64,000 nt of DNA from Anaeromyxobacter sp. (GCA_049840735.1 JASGJN010000017.1:256001-320000); one strand, 5' to 3'; shown: positions 35,788-46,400, counted from the stretch's first letter. Translations and numbers: made by a program. The notes: generated from the letters alone by a model not told the origin.

Positions 35788-35856
35788 CCCTTCCTCGACG
35801 TCACATCCCACCTTTCGTGTGCGCCCGGGCCGCGCTGCGGCTCGGGCGTTCGCCTT

Positions 35857-35886
35857 TTGACGTGGGAGCCTGAGGGGCTGTACGCT
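35857..35886 (+). promoter_or_regulatory. Sigma-70-like promoter
   Basis: TTGACG-N18-TACGCT, 29 bp before the ATG at 35916. Confidence 0.45.
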
Positions 35887-35915
35887 CCGTGCGAACCCCT
35901 CAACCCCCCGGAACG

Positions 35916-37298
35916 ATGGCCAAACCCCCCGTCCCCGACCGCGCCGCGGAGCCGAACGACTCCGTGGAGGAAGACTTCTACGAGGTTCCGGCCGAGCTGG
36001 ACGGGCCGGACGAGCTGCCGGCAGACGAGGCGTCCTCGCCCGAGGACGAGGACGGCCGCGAGGCGCTGGCGAGCCGCAGCCCGCTCTCCCGCAAGCTCAC
36101 GGCCTTCGTGATCGTCGGCGTGGTGGCGCTGGCCGCGCTGGGCGTCTTCGCCTACCGCGCGCACCAGAAGACGCTCATGCTGAGGGCGGGCCTGGAGCGC
36201 GCCGAGCAGCTGCTGCGCGACGACACCGCCGCCAGCTACCGCGAGGCGGCCCGGCTGCTCGAGCCGCTGGCGGAGGTGGATCCGCTGGAGGCCGGCAGCG
36301 CGCGCGCGTTCGCGCTGGCGATGCTCGCCGCCGACTACCGCGACGACCGGGCGGAGCAGCAGGCGAACGTGCTGCTGGTCGTGCCGGAGCGGGCCGAGGT
36401 GCTGCTGCGCCGCACGGCCCTGGCCAAGGCGGCGCTGGCCCTGGCCGACCGGAAGCTGGGCGACGCCACGCAGTACGTGACCCAGGCCCGCGACGACGTC
36501 AGCGAGGGCGGCACCGATGCGCGCTGGGCCGAGCTCCTCGCGGCGCGCACGGCGCTGCACGGGCTGGAGGCGAGCTCGGCCCGCGGACCGGCGGCGCTGG
36601 CCGCGCAGGCGGATGCCGGCCAGCCGCCCTTCCCTCCCGGCCTCGCGCTCCATGGCGACACGCTCCGCCGGAGCGGCGACCTGGCCGGCGCGGCGGCGTC
36701 CTACCGCGAGGCGCTGGAGGCCTCCGAGGCGTGGCGCGGCGACAAGCGCCCGGCGCCGCGCCAGCCGCGCGCCATCTTCGGCCTGGCCAAGGTGGCGCTC
36801 TCCGGCGGCGGGTCCGCCGAGGAGGCCGCCCGTCACCTGGTGGACCTCTCGCGCGACGCGGAGACCCCTCAGCCCGAGCGGTCGCGCGCGGCCATCTACC
36901 TCGCCGCGCTGCAGCTGCGGGCCGGGTCGCGGGAGAACGCCGTGGCCGCCATCGAGGCCGCCGGGCTGCAGGGCGACGCCCGCACCTGGGCCGAGCGCGC
37001 CGCCGCCGCCATGGCCGCCAACCGCGGGCCGTACCGCGCCGTCACCGGCGCGCCGCTCTCGCTGGAGAGCGCCGTGGACGACGACCAGCCAGCCATCAAG
37101 CCGCTGGTCCCGGAGCCGCCCAGGCCGCCGCCTGTCGTCGAGGAGCAGCCGGTGAAGAAGGCCACCGCCAAGGCGCCGGCCCGCAAGAGCACCAGCAAGG
37201 CCACGGCGGGCAAGACGACGAGCAAGACCTCGACGAAGTCGGCCAAGGCGGCCTCGACCAGGACCACGACGAAGAAGGTCCGGAAGACCACCCGCTAA
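35916..37298 (+). CDS. Single-pass membrane protein with TPR-like helices and a Lys/Thr-rich tail
   Basis: Acidic N-terminus, TM helix AFVIVGVVALAALGVFAY, Ala-rich helices, KKATAKAPARKSTSK tail. Confidence 0.75.
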   Translation: MAKPPVPDRAAEPNDSVEEDFYEVPAELDGPDELPADEASSPEDEDGREALASRSPLSRKLTAFVIVGVVALAALGVFAYRAHQKTLMLRAGLERAEQLLRDDTAASYREAARLLEPLAEVDPLEAGSARAFALAMLAADYRDDRAEQQANVLLVVPERAEVLLRRTALAKAALALADRKLGDATQYVTQARDDVSEGGTDARWAELLAARTALHGLEASSARGPAALAAQADAGQPPFPPGLALHGDTLRRSGDLAGAAASYREALEASEAWRGDKRPAPRQPRAIFGLAKVALSGGGSAEEAARHLVDLSRDAETPQPERSRAAIYLAALQLRAGSRENAVAAIEAAGLQGDARTWAERAAAAMAANRGPYRAVTGAPLSLESAVDDDQPAIKPLVPEPPRPPPVVEEQPVKKATAKAPARKSTSKATAGKTTSKTSTKSAKAASTRTTTKKVRKTTR

Positions 37299-37517
37299 GG
37301 CGGCCCACGGCCCGCGGCGCCGCCCCGTCCAGGGGCGCGTCCTGCCTGTGTCCGCAGCAGCAGGGATCGTCGAGCGCGCTGCCCGCGGCGCGTGCAACAG
37401 GTCCCTCCTTGGCCGCACGGACGTCCCGCGCAGGGACCGGGGCTGCACGCGCCCTGGGCGCTGGCTGCCCGCCGTCGCAGCCCCGTGCGCTCCCACTCCC
37501 CTGACGACAGGGCACGT

Positions 37518-37557
37518 TGCCCGGGCGCGAGGCAGCACCTTGCCCGCGAGGCGGGCA
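37518..37557. promoter_or_regulatory. Tandem NtrC-like enhancer sites
   Basis: TGCCC-N7-AGGCA (37518) and TGCCC-N7-GGGCA (37541). Confidence 0.55.
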
Positions 37558-37606
37558 ACGGCTCGATCCTGACCCCTGCTTCGCCCGGGAAACACGCGGG
37601 GCAGGC

Positions 37607-37624
37607 CCGGCATGCGGGCTGCAC
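37607..37624 (+). promoter_or_regulatory. Sigma-54 -24/-12 promoter of amtB
   Basis: CGGCATGCGGGCTGCA = GG-N10-GC. Confidence 0.6.
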
Positions 37625-37663
37625 TGGGGCCGGATGGGATCACCAACCTTCCCGGAGGCACCC

Positions 37664-39031
37664 TTGAGAAAGCTGCTCCTCGCGCTGGCCCTGGCGCTCC
37701 CCACCCTCGCGGCGGCGTCGGATGGCTCCTCCATCAGCGCCGGCGACACCGCGCTGGTGCTGGTGAGCGCCGGCCTGGTGATGCTGATGACCCCCGGCCT
37801 GGCGTTCTTCTACGGCGGCCTGGTCCGCTCCAAGAACGTCGTCCACACCATGAACCTGTCGATCGCGGTGATGGGCGTGGCCGGCGTCCTCTGGGCGCTG
37901 GTCGGATACTCCCTCTCCTTCGCGAACGGCGGCGCGCTCAACGACGTGCTGGGCGGCCTGGGCTACCTGGGCCTGTCCGGCGTGGGCGCGGAGCCCGCCC
38001 CCCTGCAGCCCACCATCCCGCACTCCGCGTTCATGCTGTTCCAGGGCATGTTCGCGGTCATCACCCCCGCGCTCATCTCCGGCGCCATCGTGGAGCGCGT
38101 CCGCATCAAGCCGTACCTGCTCTTCGTGGCGCTCTGGGCGGTGGTCGTCTACACGCCGGTGGCGCACTGGGTCTGGGGCGGCGGGTGGCTGGCGCAGCTC
38201 GGGGTGCTCGACTTCGCCGGCGGCACCGTGGTGCACATCAACGCCGCCGCGGCCGCGCTGGTGGCGGCCATCCTGCTGGGCAAGCGCCGCGGCCTGCGCA
38301 CCCCCACCGTCCTCCCGCACAGCGTGCCCTTCGCCATCCTGGGCATGGGGCTGCTCTGGTTCGGCTGGCTGGGCTTCAACGGCGGCAGCGCCCTCAAGGC
38401 CGACGGCCTGGCCTCGGCCGCCTTCGTGAACACCTTCTTCGCGCCGGCGGCGGCGGCGCTGGCCTGGGGCCTCATCGAGCTCTGGCTCCACGGCAAGATG
38501 TCCGGCGTGGGCCTGGCCTCTGGCGCGGTGGCCGGGATGGTCGCCATCACCCCGGCGGCCGGCTACGTCACCCCGGGCGCGAGCCTGCTCATCGGCGGGC
38601 TGGCGGCCTGCGCCTCCTTCGCCGCCGTCCGCGTCCGCCCCCGGCTCGGCCTGGACGACTCCCTCGACGTCTTCGCCGTCCACGGCGTGGCCGCCACGCT
38701 GGGCGCGCTGGCGACCGGCGTCTTCGCCACCACCTCCATCAACCCGGCCGGCGCCGACGCCAGCCTGCTGCTCCTCGGCAAGCAGGCGCTGGGCGTGGTG
38801 GTCACGCTGGCCTGGTCCGGCGCGGTCTCCTTCGGCCTGCTCAAGCTGGTCAACGCCATCACCCCGCTCCGCGCCGCGGAGCAGGACGAGTGGTCCGGCC
38901 TCGACGAGGCCGAGACCGGCGAGCGCGGCTACATCACCAACGACCTGGACTCCGCCCCCGGCGCGTTCAGCGGCGGCCACGCCACCAGCGGCGCCGCCGC
39001 GGTCACCAGGCCCGGGACCGCCACGGCGTAG
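37664..39031 (+). CDS. amtB: Ammonium transporter
   Basis: LMTPGLAFFYGG, FQGMFAVITPAL, DFAGGTVVH, WFGWLGFNGGS, DDSLDVFAVHG; TTG start after GGAGG. Confidence 0.97.
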   Translation: MRKLLLALALALPTLAAASDGSSISAGDTALVLVSAGLVMLMTPGLAFFYGGLVRSKNVVHTMNLSIAVMGVAGVLWALVGYSLSFANGGALNDVLGGLGYLGLSGVGAEPAPLQPTIPHSAFMLFQGMFAVITPALISGAIVERVRIKPYLLFVALWAVVVYTPVAHWVWGGGWLAQLGVLDFAGGTVVHINAAAAALVAAILLGKRRGLRTPTVLPHSVPFAILGMGLLWFGWLGFNGGSALKADGLASAAFVNTFFAPAAAALAWGLIELWLHGKMSGVGLASGAVAGMVAITPAAGYVTPGASLLIGGLAACASFAAVRVRPRLGLDDSLDVFAVHGVAATLGALATGVFATTSINPAGADASLLLLGKQALGVVVTLAWSGAVSFGLLKLVNAITPLRAAEQDEWSGLDEAETGERGYITNDLDSAPGAFSGGHATSGAAAVTRPGTATA

Positions 39032-39056
39032 CCCGCTTCGCAGCCTGGACGCACGG

Positions 39057-39097
39057 ACGCCCGCTCCCGCAGCCGCGGGGGCGGGCGTCGTCCTTCG
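39057..39097 (+). terminator. Strong hairpin after amtB
   Basis: GACGCCCGCTCCCGC-AGCC-GCGGGGGCGGGCGTC. Confidence 0.45.
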
Positions 39098-39114
39098 GTC
39101 GGGCACAGGCCGCC

Positions 39115-39166
39115 GGCCTTCGACTCCGCCCCGCCTCCCGGCGGGGCTACGCTCAGGCTGACCGGA
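39115..39166. repeat. REP-like palindromic element, single copy
   Basis: GGCCTTCGACTCCGCCCCGCC-TCCC-GGCGGGGCTACGCTCAGGCTGACCGGA between convergent genes. Confidence 0.8.
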
Positions 39167-39195
39167 TCAGGTTGCCTACATCCTTCGACGGCCCC

Positions 39196-39705
39196 CTAGC
39201 CGCTCAGCTGGGCCAGGACGGAGTCGAACACGAACAGCTCAATCCGCTCCCGGTCGGCCTGCTCGAGCCCGACGTAGGAGAAGCAGACCCGCACGTTCCC
39301 CGCCTGCGGCTTCACGTCCACCACGCGCGCCTTCCCCTTGAGCGGCTCGGCCCCCGGGACCCGCAGCGCCACGCTCACCTCGTCGCCCATGGGCGGCGCC
39401 TTGGCGAGCAGGCAGGAGAAGCCGCCGGTGGAGATGTCGATGGTGATGGCCCGCGCGGTGGAGGTGAGCATGTCCAGGTCCACCTGCAGCGCCCGCGCGA
39501 CGCGCAGCGCCTGTCGCGGCGTCTCGCCGGGCTTCACGGTGAGGCGCTGTGCGGCGAGCAGCGCCCGCGCCAGCTCGTCCCGGCCGCCGCGGTAGGTCTC
39601 GGCCTCGGCCGGCGAGAGCTGGCCGCGGCGGGCGCGCTCGTGGAGCTGGCGGAAAGACCGGAGCCAGTCGGCGAGGCTGGAGCTGGTGGCGGGAGGCGGG
39701 CTCAT
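39196..39705 (-). CDS. PilZ-domain protein
   Basis: RQALR (RxxxR) and DISTGG (DxSxxG) c-di-GMP-binding motifs. Confidence 0.88.
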   Translation of the reverse strand: MSPPPATSSSLADWLRSFRQLHERARRGQLSPAEAETYRGGRDELARALLAAQRLTVKPGETPRQALRVARALQVDLDMLTSTARAITIDISTGGFSCLLAKAPPMGDEVSVALRVPGAEPLKGKARVVDVKPQAGNVRVCFSYVGLEQADRERIELFVFDSVLAQLSG

Positions 39706-39816
39706 GAGGCTCCTCGACGGGCGCGCCTGGCGGCGCTCGTGCCCGGCTGGGTACCCGGCGACCCTAGCGCCCGCTCTCCCGCGAGGTCAAGCGAAGGAGG
39801 GGATCGTGGGACAGCC

Positions 39817-40647
39817 CTAGGCCGCGCGCGGGGCGATCCCCAGCACCGCGCGCGCCTGGGCCGGGGTGGCCACCGGACGGCCCGCCGCCGCCGCCCGCTC
39901 CACCGCCAGCGCCACCAGCTCGTCCGAGCCGCGGGCCAGCACGCCCTTGCGCGCGTACAGGTTGTCCTCCAGCCCCACCCGCACGTGGCCGCCCAGGGCC
40001 AGGGCCAGCTCGGCCATGGGCAGCTGGTGCCGCCCCACCCCGGCCACCGACCAGTGGACCGCCTCGGGCAGCCCCTCGACGAGGAAGCGCAGGTTGCGCT
40101 CGGTCGCGCCCATGCCGCCGGGTACGCCCAGCACGAACTGCACCTGGTACGGCGCCGCCAGGTGCCCTTTCTCCAGCAGCCAGCGGAGCGTGTCGAGCAT
40201 CCCGGCGTCGTAGAGCTCGCACTCCGGCACCAGCCGCCGCTCGCGCAGCCGCGCGGCGATGCGAACGATGTCCGGGCGCGTGTTCTGGAAGACCTCGTCG
40301 CCGAAGTTCATGGTGCCGAGGTTGAGCGTGCCCATCTCGGCGCCGTCCACCAGCGACCCCAGCCGCTCGTCCACGGTCATGCCCACCGCCCCGCCGGTGG
40401 AGCACTGGAGCACCACGTCGCTGCCGGCGTCGCGGACGCGCGCCACGATCTCGCGGAAGTGGGCCGCCTCCTGCGAGGGCCGACCGTCCGGCCAGCGCGC
40501 GTGCAGGTGGACCACCGCGGCCCCGGCCCGGCCCGCCTCGACGGCGGCGCGGGCGATCTCCTCCGGCGTGTACGGCACGGCCGGGCTCTGCGCGCGGGTG
40601 ACCTCGGCGCCCACCACGGCGGCGGTGATGACGACGGGCTCGGCCAT
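39817..40647 (-). CDS. kce: 3-keto-5-aminohexanoate cleavage enzyme
   Basis: ITAAVVGAE, HLHAR, STGG, RVGLEDN; next to kal/kamDE. Confidence 0.93.
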   Translation of the reverse strand: MAEPVVITAAVVGAEVTRAQSPAVPYTPEEIARAAVEAGRAGAAVVHLHARWPDGRPSQEAAHFREIVARVRDAGSDVVLQCSTGGAVGMTVDERLGSLVDGAEMGTLNLGTMNFGDEVFQNTRPDIVRIAARLRERRLVPECELYDAGMLDTLRWLLEKGHLAAPYQVQFVLGVPGGMGATERNLRFLVEGLPEAVHWSVAGVGRHQLPMAELALALGGHVRVGLEDNLYARKGVLARGSDELVALAVERAAAAGRPVATPAQARAVLGIAPRAA

Positions 40648-40664
40648 GGGTTCCTCCCGGCGCC

Positions 40665-41063
40665 TCAGCGCGCCAGCCGCTGCTTGTCCTTGGGCACCAC
40701 GCAGGTGCCGCTGGCCCGGCAGACCACCACCGGCGCGGCCAGCACCTCGGCGGCCGAGCCGGAGAGGTCCGGGCGCGGCGCGATCACCTTGCGGGCCTCG
40801 AAGCGCATGGTGCGCGAGGTGGCGCCCGCCTTGACGATCTCCCCCTCCGCCTCGACGTAGTCGCCGGCGAAGACCGGGGCCAGGAACTCCACCGCGTCGT
40901 AGGCCCGGAACAGCCCCTCGTCGCCGTCGTGGCGGATGAGCAGCTCGGTGGCCACGTCGCCGAAGAGCGCCAGCATGCGCGCGCCGTCCACCAGGTTGCC
41001 GCCGTAGTGGGCGTCGGCCTGGCTGAGCCGGAGCCGGAGCAGGACCTTCTCGCCGAGCGGCAT
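40665..41063 (-). CDS. kal: 3-aminobutyryl-CoA ammonia-lyase (hotdog fold)
   Basis: [29 protein letters not shown]. Confidence 0.93.
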   Translation of the reverse strand: MPLGEKVLLRLRLSQADAHYGGNLVDGARMLALFGDVATELLIRHDGDEGLFRAYDAVEFLAPVFAGDYVEAEGEIVKAGATSRTMRFEARKVIAPRPDLSGSAAEVLAAPVVVCRASGTCVVPKDKQRLAR

Positions 41064-41829
41064 CAGTGCATCTCCTTGCCCATGCGCTTCAGGACGGCGC
41101 CCACGATGAAGTTCGCCACCTCGGACGGCTTGGTGCCCGGGCCGAAGCCGGCGTCGTAGCCCAGCTCGACCGCCAGCTTGTGGTCGATGCGCGGCCCGCC
41201 CAGGATGGCGGTCAGCCCCTGGCGCAGCCCCAGCCGCGTCAGCTCCTCGAGGAGCTGCCGCGCGTTCTCCTTGTGGCTGTCGCGCTGGGTCACCACCTGC
41301 GAGACCAGCACCGCGTCGGCCTTGCGCTCCTGGCAGCGCCGCGCCAGGGCCGCGTTCTCGACCTGCGCGCCCAGGTTGGCGGCCTCGAAGCAGGCGTACC
41401 GCTCCAGGCCGTAGTCCCCGGCGAACCCCTTCATGTTCATGATGGCGTCGATGCCCACGGTGTGCGCGTCGGCGCCGGTGCAGGCGCCCAGCACCACGAT
41501 GCGCCGCCCCACCTCGCGCAGCGCGTACTCGTTCAGCTCGTCGAAGCCCTTCTTGCGGACCACGATCTCGGGATTTGGATCTTGCCGTAGTCCACCGCCA
41601 CGGAGGTCCGGCCGTAGACCACGAAGAACGTGTAGCGGTCGGCGGCCGGCTCCATGGCCGCCACGTGCACCCCCTCCATCCCCATCTTGCGCGCCACCTC
41701 GGCCGCGGCCTCGCGGCCGCGCTCGCCGGCGGGCACCGGCAACACGAAGGAGAGCTGCACCACGCCGTCGTCGCGGCGGTCGCCGTAGGGCCGGATGACC
41801 TGCCCGGCCTCCCATTCACGTGCGGTCAT
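41063..41829 (-). CDS. kamE: Lysine 5,6-aminomutase beta subunit (B12-binding); frameshift near 41571
   Basis: RPYGD..DDG.VQLSF.LP, then [30 protein letters not shown]. Confidence 0.92.
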
Positions 41830-42383
41830 GTCCGGTCTCCCCGGTGGGCCAGCGCCACCGGCCTCTGGATCCTCGCCCCCTCCAGCGCCCGCACCGCGTC
41901 GATGACCTCGCGCGGCGCGGGGGAGCGGGCGGTGAGGAAGAGCTGGTACTGGGTGCCCCCGTCGCAGGCGGCCCAGGCCCAGACGTGCCAGGCGCCCTGG
42001 TCGCCCTCCAGCGTCTGCGCCGGAAGGCCCGCCAGCCGCGTGGGGTGGCGCCGGGCGCGCTCCATGGCGTCGCCCTTCTTCATGAGCGCCTGCGCGTCCG
42101 CCAGGCAGGCCTCGCTGCTGGCGAAGGGCTCCTCCGGCGTGGAGACCTCCAGCCGCGCGCCCTCGTCCGCCGAGACCAGCTTCAGGTGGCGCGGGCCGCC
42201 CGAGGCGCCCCAGGCGGCGGGCGCCTCGAAGCGGAGCGCGCCCACGGTGTAGAAGACCCAGCCCTCGCGGCTGGACGGCTCGCCCTGCGGCGCGGGCGCC
42301 AGGGCCTCGCGCACGCCGGCGCAGCCGCCCAGCGCGAGCAGGAGCGCCAGCAGCGCGGAGCGGCGGGCGGCCCCCGCGCTCAC
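41826..42383 (-). CDS. Hypothetical lipoprotein between kamD and kamE
   Basis: Lipobox LGGC; 4-bp overlaps with both neighbours. Confidence 0.7.
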   Translation of the reverse strand: MSAGAARRSALLALLLALGGCAGVREALAPAPQGEPSSREGWVFYTVGALRFEAPAAWGASGGPRHLKLVSADEGARLEVSTPEEPFASSEACLADAQALMKKGDAMERARRHPTRLAGLPAQTLEGDQGAWHVWAWAACDGGTQYQLFLTARSPAPREVIDAVRALEGARIQRPVALAHRGDRT

Positions 42384-43954
42384 TGGCCGGCCTCCATCAG
42401 CTCCAGGAACGGGTTGAAGTAGCGGTCGCTCCGCTGGACCACGCCGAGGAGCCCCTTGCCGCCCTCCTCGCCGCGGGCCACGTCGCCGAAGCGGGCCTTG
42501 CCGATGGCCTTCATGAGCCCGTCCTGCGCCACCTCCTGGAGCAGCTCGTGCGCGCGCCCCAGCGTCTCGGCCGCCCGCCGCTGCACCACGCCGTCCGCCT
42601 TGAAGGTGATCTCCGCCCCCATCGACCGCCAGGCCCGGTAGACGTAGTCGGCGCTCTTGAGCGCCACGTACCGGTCCATCAGGAAGGGGTTGTGCATGGC
42701 CTCGGTCATCATGCCCAGCAGCTGGATCCCCTGCCCCGTCACCCAGGACACCACGTCGGACATCACGTCGTAGGCGTGGCTGAAGAAGATGTCGCCCTGC
42801 TTGTGCTTGGTGGGCGGCATGTACTTGATGGGCGCCTCGGGGAAGAGCGTCCTCACCAGCAGCGCCTGCGCGAACTCGCGGGCCACGGTGTCCTCGCGGG
42901 CGGGGTCGATCTCGAAGGAGTGACCCAGGCCGATGAGCCGGTCGGGCAGGCCGGCCCGGTGGGCGAAGCTCTCGTTGATGAACTGGCTGGCGATGACGGT
43001 GTGGGCCGCCTCGTCGGCGTCGGCCGTGGTGATGTAGTTGTCCTCGCCGGTGTTGATGATCACGTCGGCCAGCGCGCAGATGCGGCGGGAGAAGTACTGG
43101 TCGCACAGGGTCCGCTTCATGTTGATGTCGCGGAAGAGGATCCCGTACATGGCGTCGTTGAGGAGCATGTCCAGCCGCTCCCACGCCGCCGAGAAGGCGA
43201 TCTCCGGCATGCACAGGCCGGAGGAGTAGTTGGTGAGGTGGATGTAGCGGCGCAGCCGGCGCGACTCGTCGTCGAGCGCCTCGCGCATGATGCGGAAGTT
43301 CTCCTGGGTGGCGTAGGTGCCGCCGTAGCCCTCGGTGGTGGCGCCGTGGGGGACGTAGTCGAGCAGCGACTGCGCGGTGGAGCGGATCACCGCGATGATG
43401 TCGGCGCCGGCCTGCGCGGCGGCCCGGGCCTGCTCCACGTCGTCGTGGATGTTGCCGGTGGCGACGATCAGGTACTTGTGCGGCCGCGGCCCGGTCCCCA
43501 GCTCGGCCTTGAGCGCGTTGCGCCGCTTCACCCGGGCGCGCAGCTCCTCCACCGCGGCGCGGGCGTCGCGGCGCAGGTCGGCCTGGAGCGCGCGCTCCTC
43601 CGACTCCGGCAGCGGCTCCGGGTTGGGCGGCAGCGCCGTGAGCCGCTCGACCACGGCCACCGGATCGCTGGCCCCCCGGCGCAGCACGTAGCCCATCCAG
43701 TAGGCGGCCCCGCGGCCCAGCAGCCCGCGCTCGTGCAGCGCGTCCACCGCCAGGTTCACCAGCGGCACGCCCCGCGGGCCGGCGTCGTGCAGGCCGTAGA
43801 GCCGCAGCACGGTCCGCTCGATGGAGACGGTGGTGTGCCGCTGCACGAACTCCAGCACCTGCGCCGTGACCTGGTCGGCGAGGGCGCGGCAGTGCTCGAC
43901 CAGGGTCCGGTCGAGGCGCAGATTCGGGACGACGCGGCCGTCGGGGAGCTCCAT
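42380..43954 (-). CDS. kamD: Lysine 5,6-aminomutase alpha subunit
   Basis: IVATGNI, AVIRSTAQSLLDYVP, TYATQENF, NYSSGLCMPE, KYMPPTK, Y.NPF. Confidence 0.96.
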   Translation of the reverse strand: MELPDGRVVPNLRLDRTLVEHCRALADQVTAQVLEFVQRHTTVSIERTVLRLYGLHDAGPRGVPLVNLAVDALHERGLLGRGAAYWMGYVLRRGASDPVAVVERLTALPPNPEPLPESEERALQADLRRDARAAVEELRARVKRRNALKAELGTGPRPHKYLIVATGNIHDDVEQARAAAQAGADIIAVIRSTAQSLLDYVPHGATTEGYGGTYATQENFRIMREALDDESRRLRRYIHLTNYSSGLCMPEIAFSAAWERLDMLLNDAMYGILFRDINMKRTLCDQYFSRRICALADVIINTGEDNYITTADADEAAHTVIASQFINESFAHRAGLPDRLIGLGHSFEIDPAREDTVAREFAQALLVRTLFPEAPIKYMPPTKHKQGDIFFSHAYDVMSDVVSWVTGQGIQLLGMMTEAMHNPFLMDRYVALKSADYVYRAWRSMGAEITFKADGVVQRRAAETLGRAHELLQEVAQDGLMKAIGKARFGDVARGEEGGKGLLGVVQRSDRYFNPFLELMEAGQ

Positions 43955-44047
43955 GCCGGCATGCATTAGGCCCAAGGGACCAGAAGGGCAAGCTTCCTCC
44001 CGGGCCCCCAGCAGAAATGCGGAGGCCCGGGCCGCGGCTCCCTTCGC

Positions 44048-45109
44048 TCACGCGATGCGGCCCCCGCCCAGCACCTCGTCCGCGTCGTAGAAGACCGCCG
44101 CCTGGCCCGGGGCCACGCCTCGCACCGGCCGGGCCAGCGCCACCGCCGCCCGTCCGCCCGGCAGCGGCCGGACCTCCGCCTCCTCGCCCTCGTGCCGGTG
44201 GCGCACCCTGACCCGCGCCCTCACCGGCCCGGCGGGCGGTGCGCCGGCGACCCAGGAGACCTCGCCCACCTCGAAGCTGGAGCGCGAGGCCTCGGCCGCC
44301 GTCCCCACCACCACCTGGGCGCGCGCCGCGTCGATGGCCACCACGTAGCGCGGCTCCGGCCCCGGCAGCCCCAGGCCGCGGCGCTGACCGACCGTGAAGT
44401 GGTGCACGCCGGCGTGGCGGCCCAGCACCTCGCCGGCGGTGGAGACGAACTCCCCGGCCCTGACCCGCCCCGGCGCGCGCAGGGACACGAAGTCGCCGGC
44501 GTCGCCCCGGGTCACGAAGCAGATCTCCTGCGAGTCCGGCTTGGCCGCGTTGGCCAGCCCGGCCCGGGCGGCCTCGGCCCGCACCAGCGGCTTGGGCAGC
44601 TCGCCCACCGGGAAGAGCACCTCCCGCAGCGCCTCCTGGCCCAGGCCGTAGAGGAAGTAGCTCTGGTCCTTGGCCGGATCGGCGGCGGTGAGCAGCGCCC
44701 GCCGGCCCCCTCGGTCCTCCACCCGCGCGTAGTGGCCGGTGGCGAGGCGCGCCCCCAGCGCGCGGGCCCGGGCCAGCAGCCAGTCGAACTTCACCTCGGT
44801 GTTGCAGCGGACGCAGGGGTTGGGCGTGCGCCCCTCCACGTAGTCGTCCACGAAGCGATCGATGACCCGCGCCCGGAAGGCGGCCTCCACGTTGGCCACG
44901 TAGAACGGGATGCCCAGCCGGCGGGCCGCGGCGCGCGCGTCCTCCACGTCGTCCGGGGCGCAGCAGGAGCGGCCCCGCGCGGCGTCGGAGTAGTCGGCCA
45001 CGCGCAGCGTGACGCCCAGCACCTCGTGCCCCTGCGAGACGAGGAGCGCGGCCGCCGCGGAGGAGTCGACGCCGCCGGACATGGCGACCAGGATGCGCTG
45101 CTTGGACAC
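44048..45109 (-). CDS. mnmA: tRNA-specific 2-thiouridylase
   Basis: [40 protein letters not shown]. Confidence 0.97.
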   Translation of the reverse strand: MSKQRILVAMSGGVDSSAAAALLVSQGHEVLGVTLRVADYSDAARGRSCCAPDDVEDARAAARRLGIPFYVANVEAAFRARVIDRFVDDYVEGRTPNPCVRCNTEVKFDWLLARARALGARLATGHYARVEDRGGRRALLTAADPAKDQSYFLYGLGQEALREVLFPVGELPKPLVRAEAARAGLANAAKPDSQEICFVTRGDAGDFVSLRAPGRVRAGEFVSTAGEVLGRHAGVHHFTVGQRRGLGLPGPEPRYVVAIDAARAQVVVGTAAEASRSSFEVGEVSWVAGAPPAGPVRARVRVRHRHEGEEAEVRPLPGGRAAVALARPVRGVAPGQAAVFYDADEVLGGGRIA

Positions 45110-45142
45110 GGCCCGGTGTGTAGCCTCGACCGGCCCCGCGGA

Positions 45143-46400
45143 TCAACCCGCCGCGACGGTGGTACCGCCGCCCGCGGGGGCCGCAGGCTGCTCGGCCGGC
45201 CGGTCGGGGATCTCCAGCGTGAACCTGGCGCCGGTGAAGTGGTGGGTGGCCCCCACCGGCTGGGTGCGGGGTGGGCTCTCCGCCCAGACCCGCCCGCCGT
45301 GGGCCACCGCGATGCGCCGCGCCACCGGCAGCCCCAGCCCGGAGCCGGGCGGCCGCGTCTCCTCGGTGCCGCGGGCGGCGGCGTGATGGAGCGGCTCGAA
45401 GATGCGCTCCGCCTCGCCGGCCGGGATGCCCGGCCCCTGGTCGTAGATGGTGAAGCGGAGCAGCCCGTGATCCCGCGCCACCTCCACCAGCACCTCACCG
45501 CCGTGCGGCGAGAACTTCACGGCGTTGCCCACCAGGTTCAGCAGCGCCTGGCGCAGCTTGCGCAGGTCCGCCTTCACCGGCCCGCCGCCGCCGTGCACGA
45601 CGGCGACGTGCAAGCGCGCGTCCCTGGCCGCCGGCCGGAGCTCGGCCACCACGTCGTCCGCCAGCTGGTCCGGGCTGACCGCCCCCTCGACGATGGGGGC
45701 GTGGCCGGCCTGCAGGCTGGCGAAGTCGGAGAGGTTGTCCACGATGCGGGTGAGGCGCCCCACCGACTGCAGCATCGCGTCCACGATCCGCTTCTGCTGC
45801 GGGGGCAGCGCGCCCAGCTTCTCCGACTGCAGGATGCGCAGGTAGCCGGCGATGGGCGTGAGCGGGGTGGAGAGCTCGTGCGCCAGGTTGTGCATGAAGG
45901 CGCTCTTGAGCTTGTCGGTCTCCACCAGCTGGGCGCTGGCCCGCCGCTCCGAGGAGAGCGCGGGTCTCGAGCCGCGCCGCCATGGCGCCGGAGAGCGCCT
46001 TCAAGGCCTCGCGCTCGCCCTCCTCCGGCAGCCGCTCGCGCTTGCCGTCCAGGAACGCGCGCACGTCGTCCGCCAGGTGCTCTCCCAGCGTCCGCGGCAG
46101 GAAGCCGTCGGCGCCGGCCGCCAGGGCCGCGTCGTGCTCCTCGCGCGACTCGCCCACCGCCACGATGGGCACGTGGGCCAGCGCCCGCTCGCGCTTGAGG
46201 CGGGCCGCCAGCTCGTGCCCCTCGATGTCCGGCAGGTGCACGTCGGCCACGATCAGGTCGGGCGGCGAGGTGAGCGCGCGGGAGATCCCGTCCAGCCCGG
46301 ACGTGGACGTATCCACGGCGAAGCCGCCTGCCTCCAGCAGGGACTTCACGCGGGCCCGCAGGGCCTCGTTCTCCTCGATGCAGAGCACGCGGGGCGACAT
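45143..46400 (-). CDS. Hybrid receiver-histidine kinase; frameshift near 45962
   Basis: N-terminal REC domain; HELSTPL, NL..NAVKF, DQGPG, GSGLGL. Confidence 0.9.

Noticed and set aside
43955..44047. Cobalamin riboswitch upstream of kamD
   Set aside because: Gap is too short and has no B12-box.
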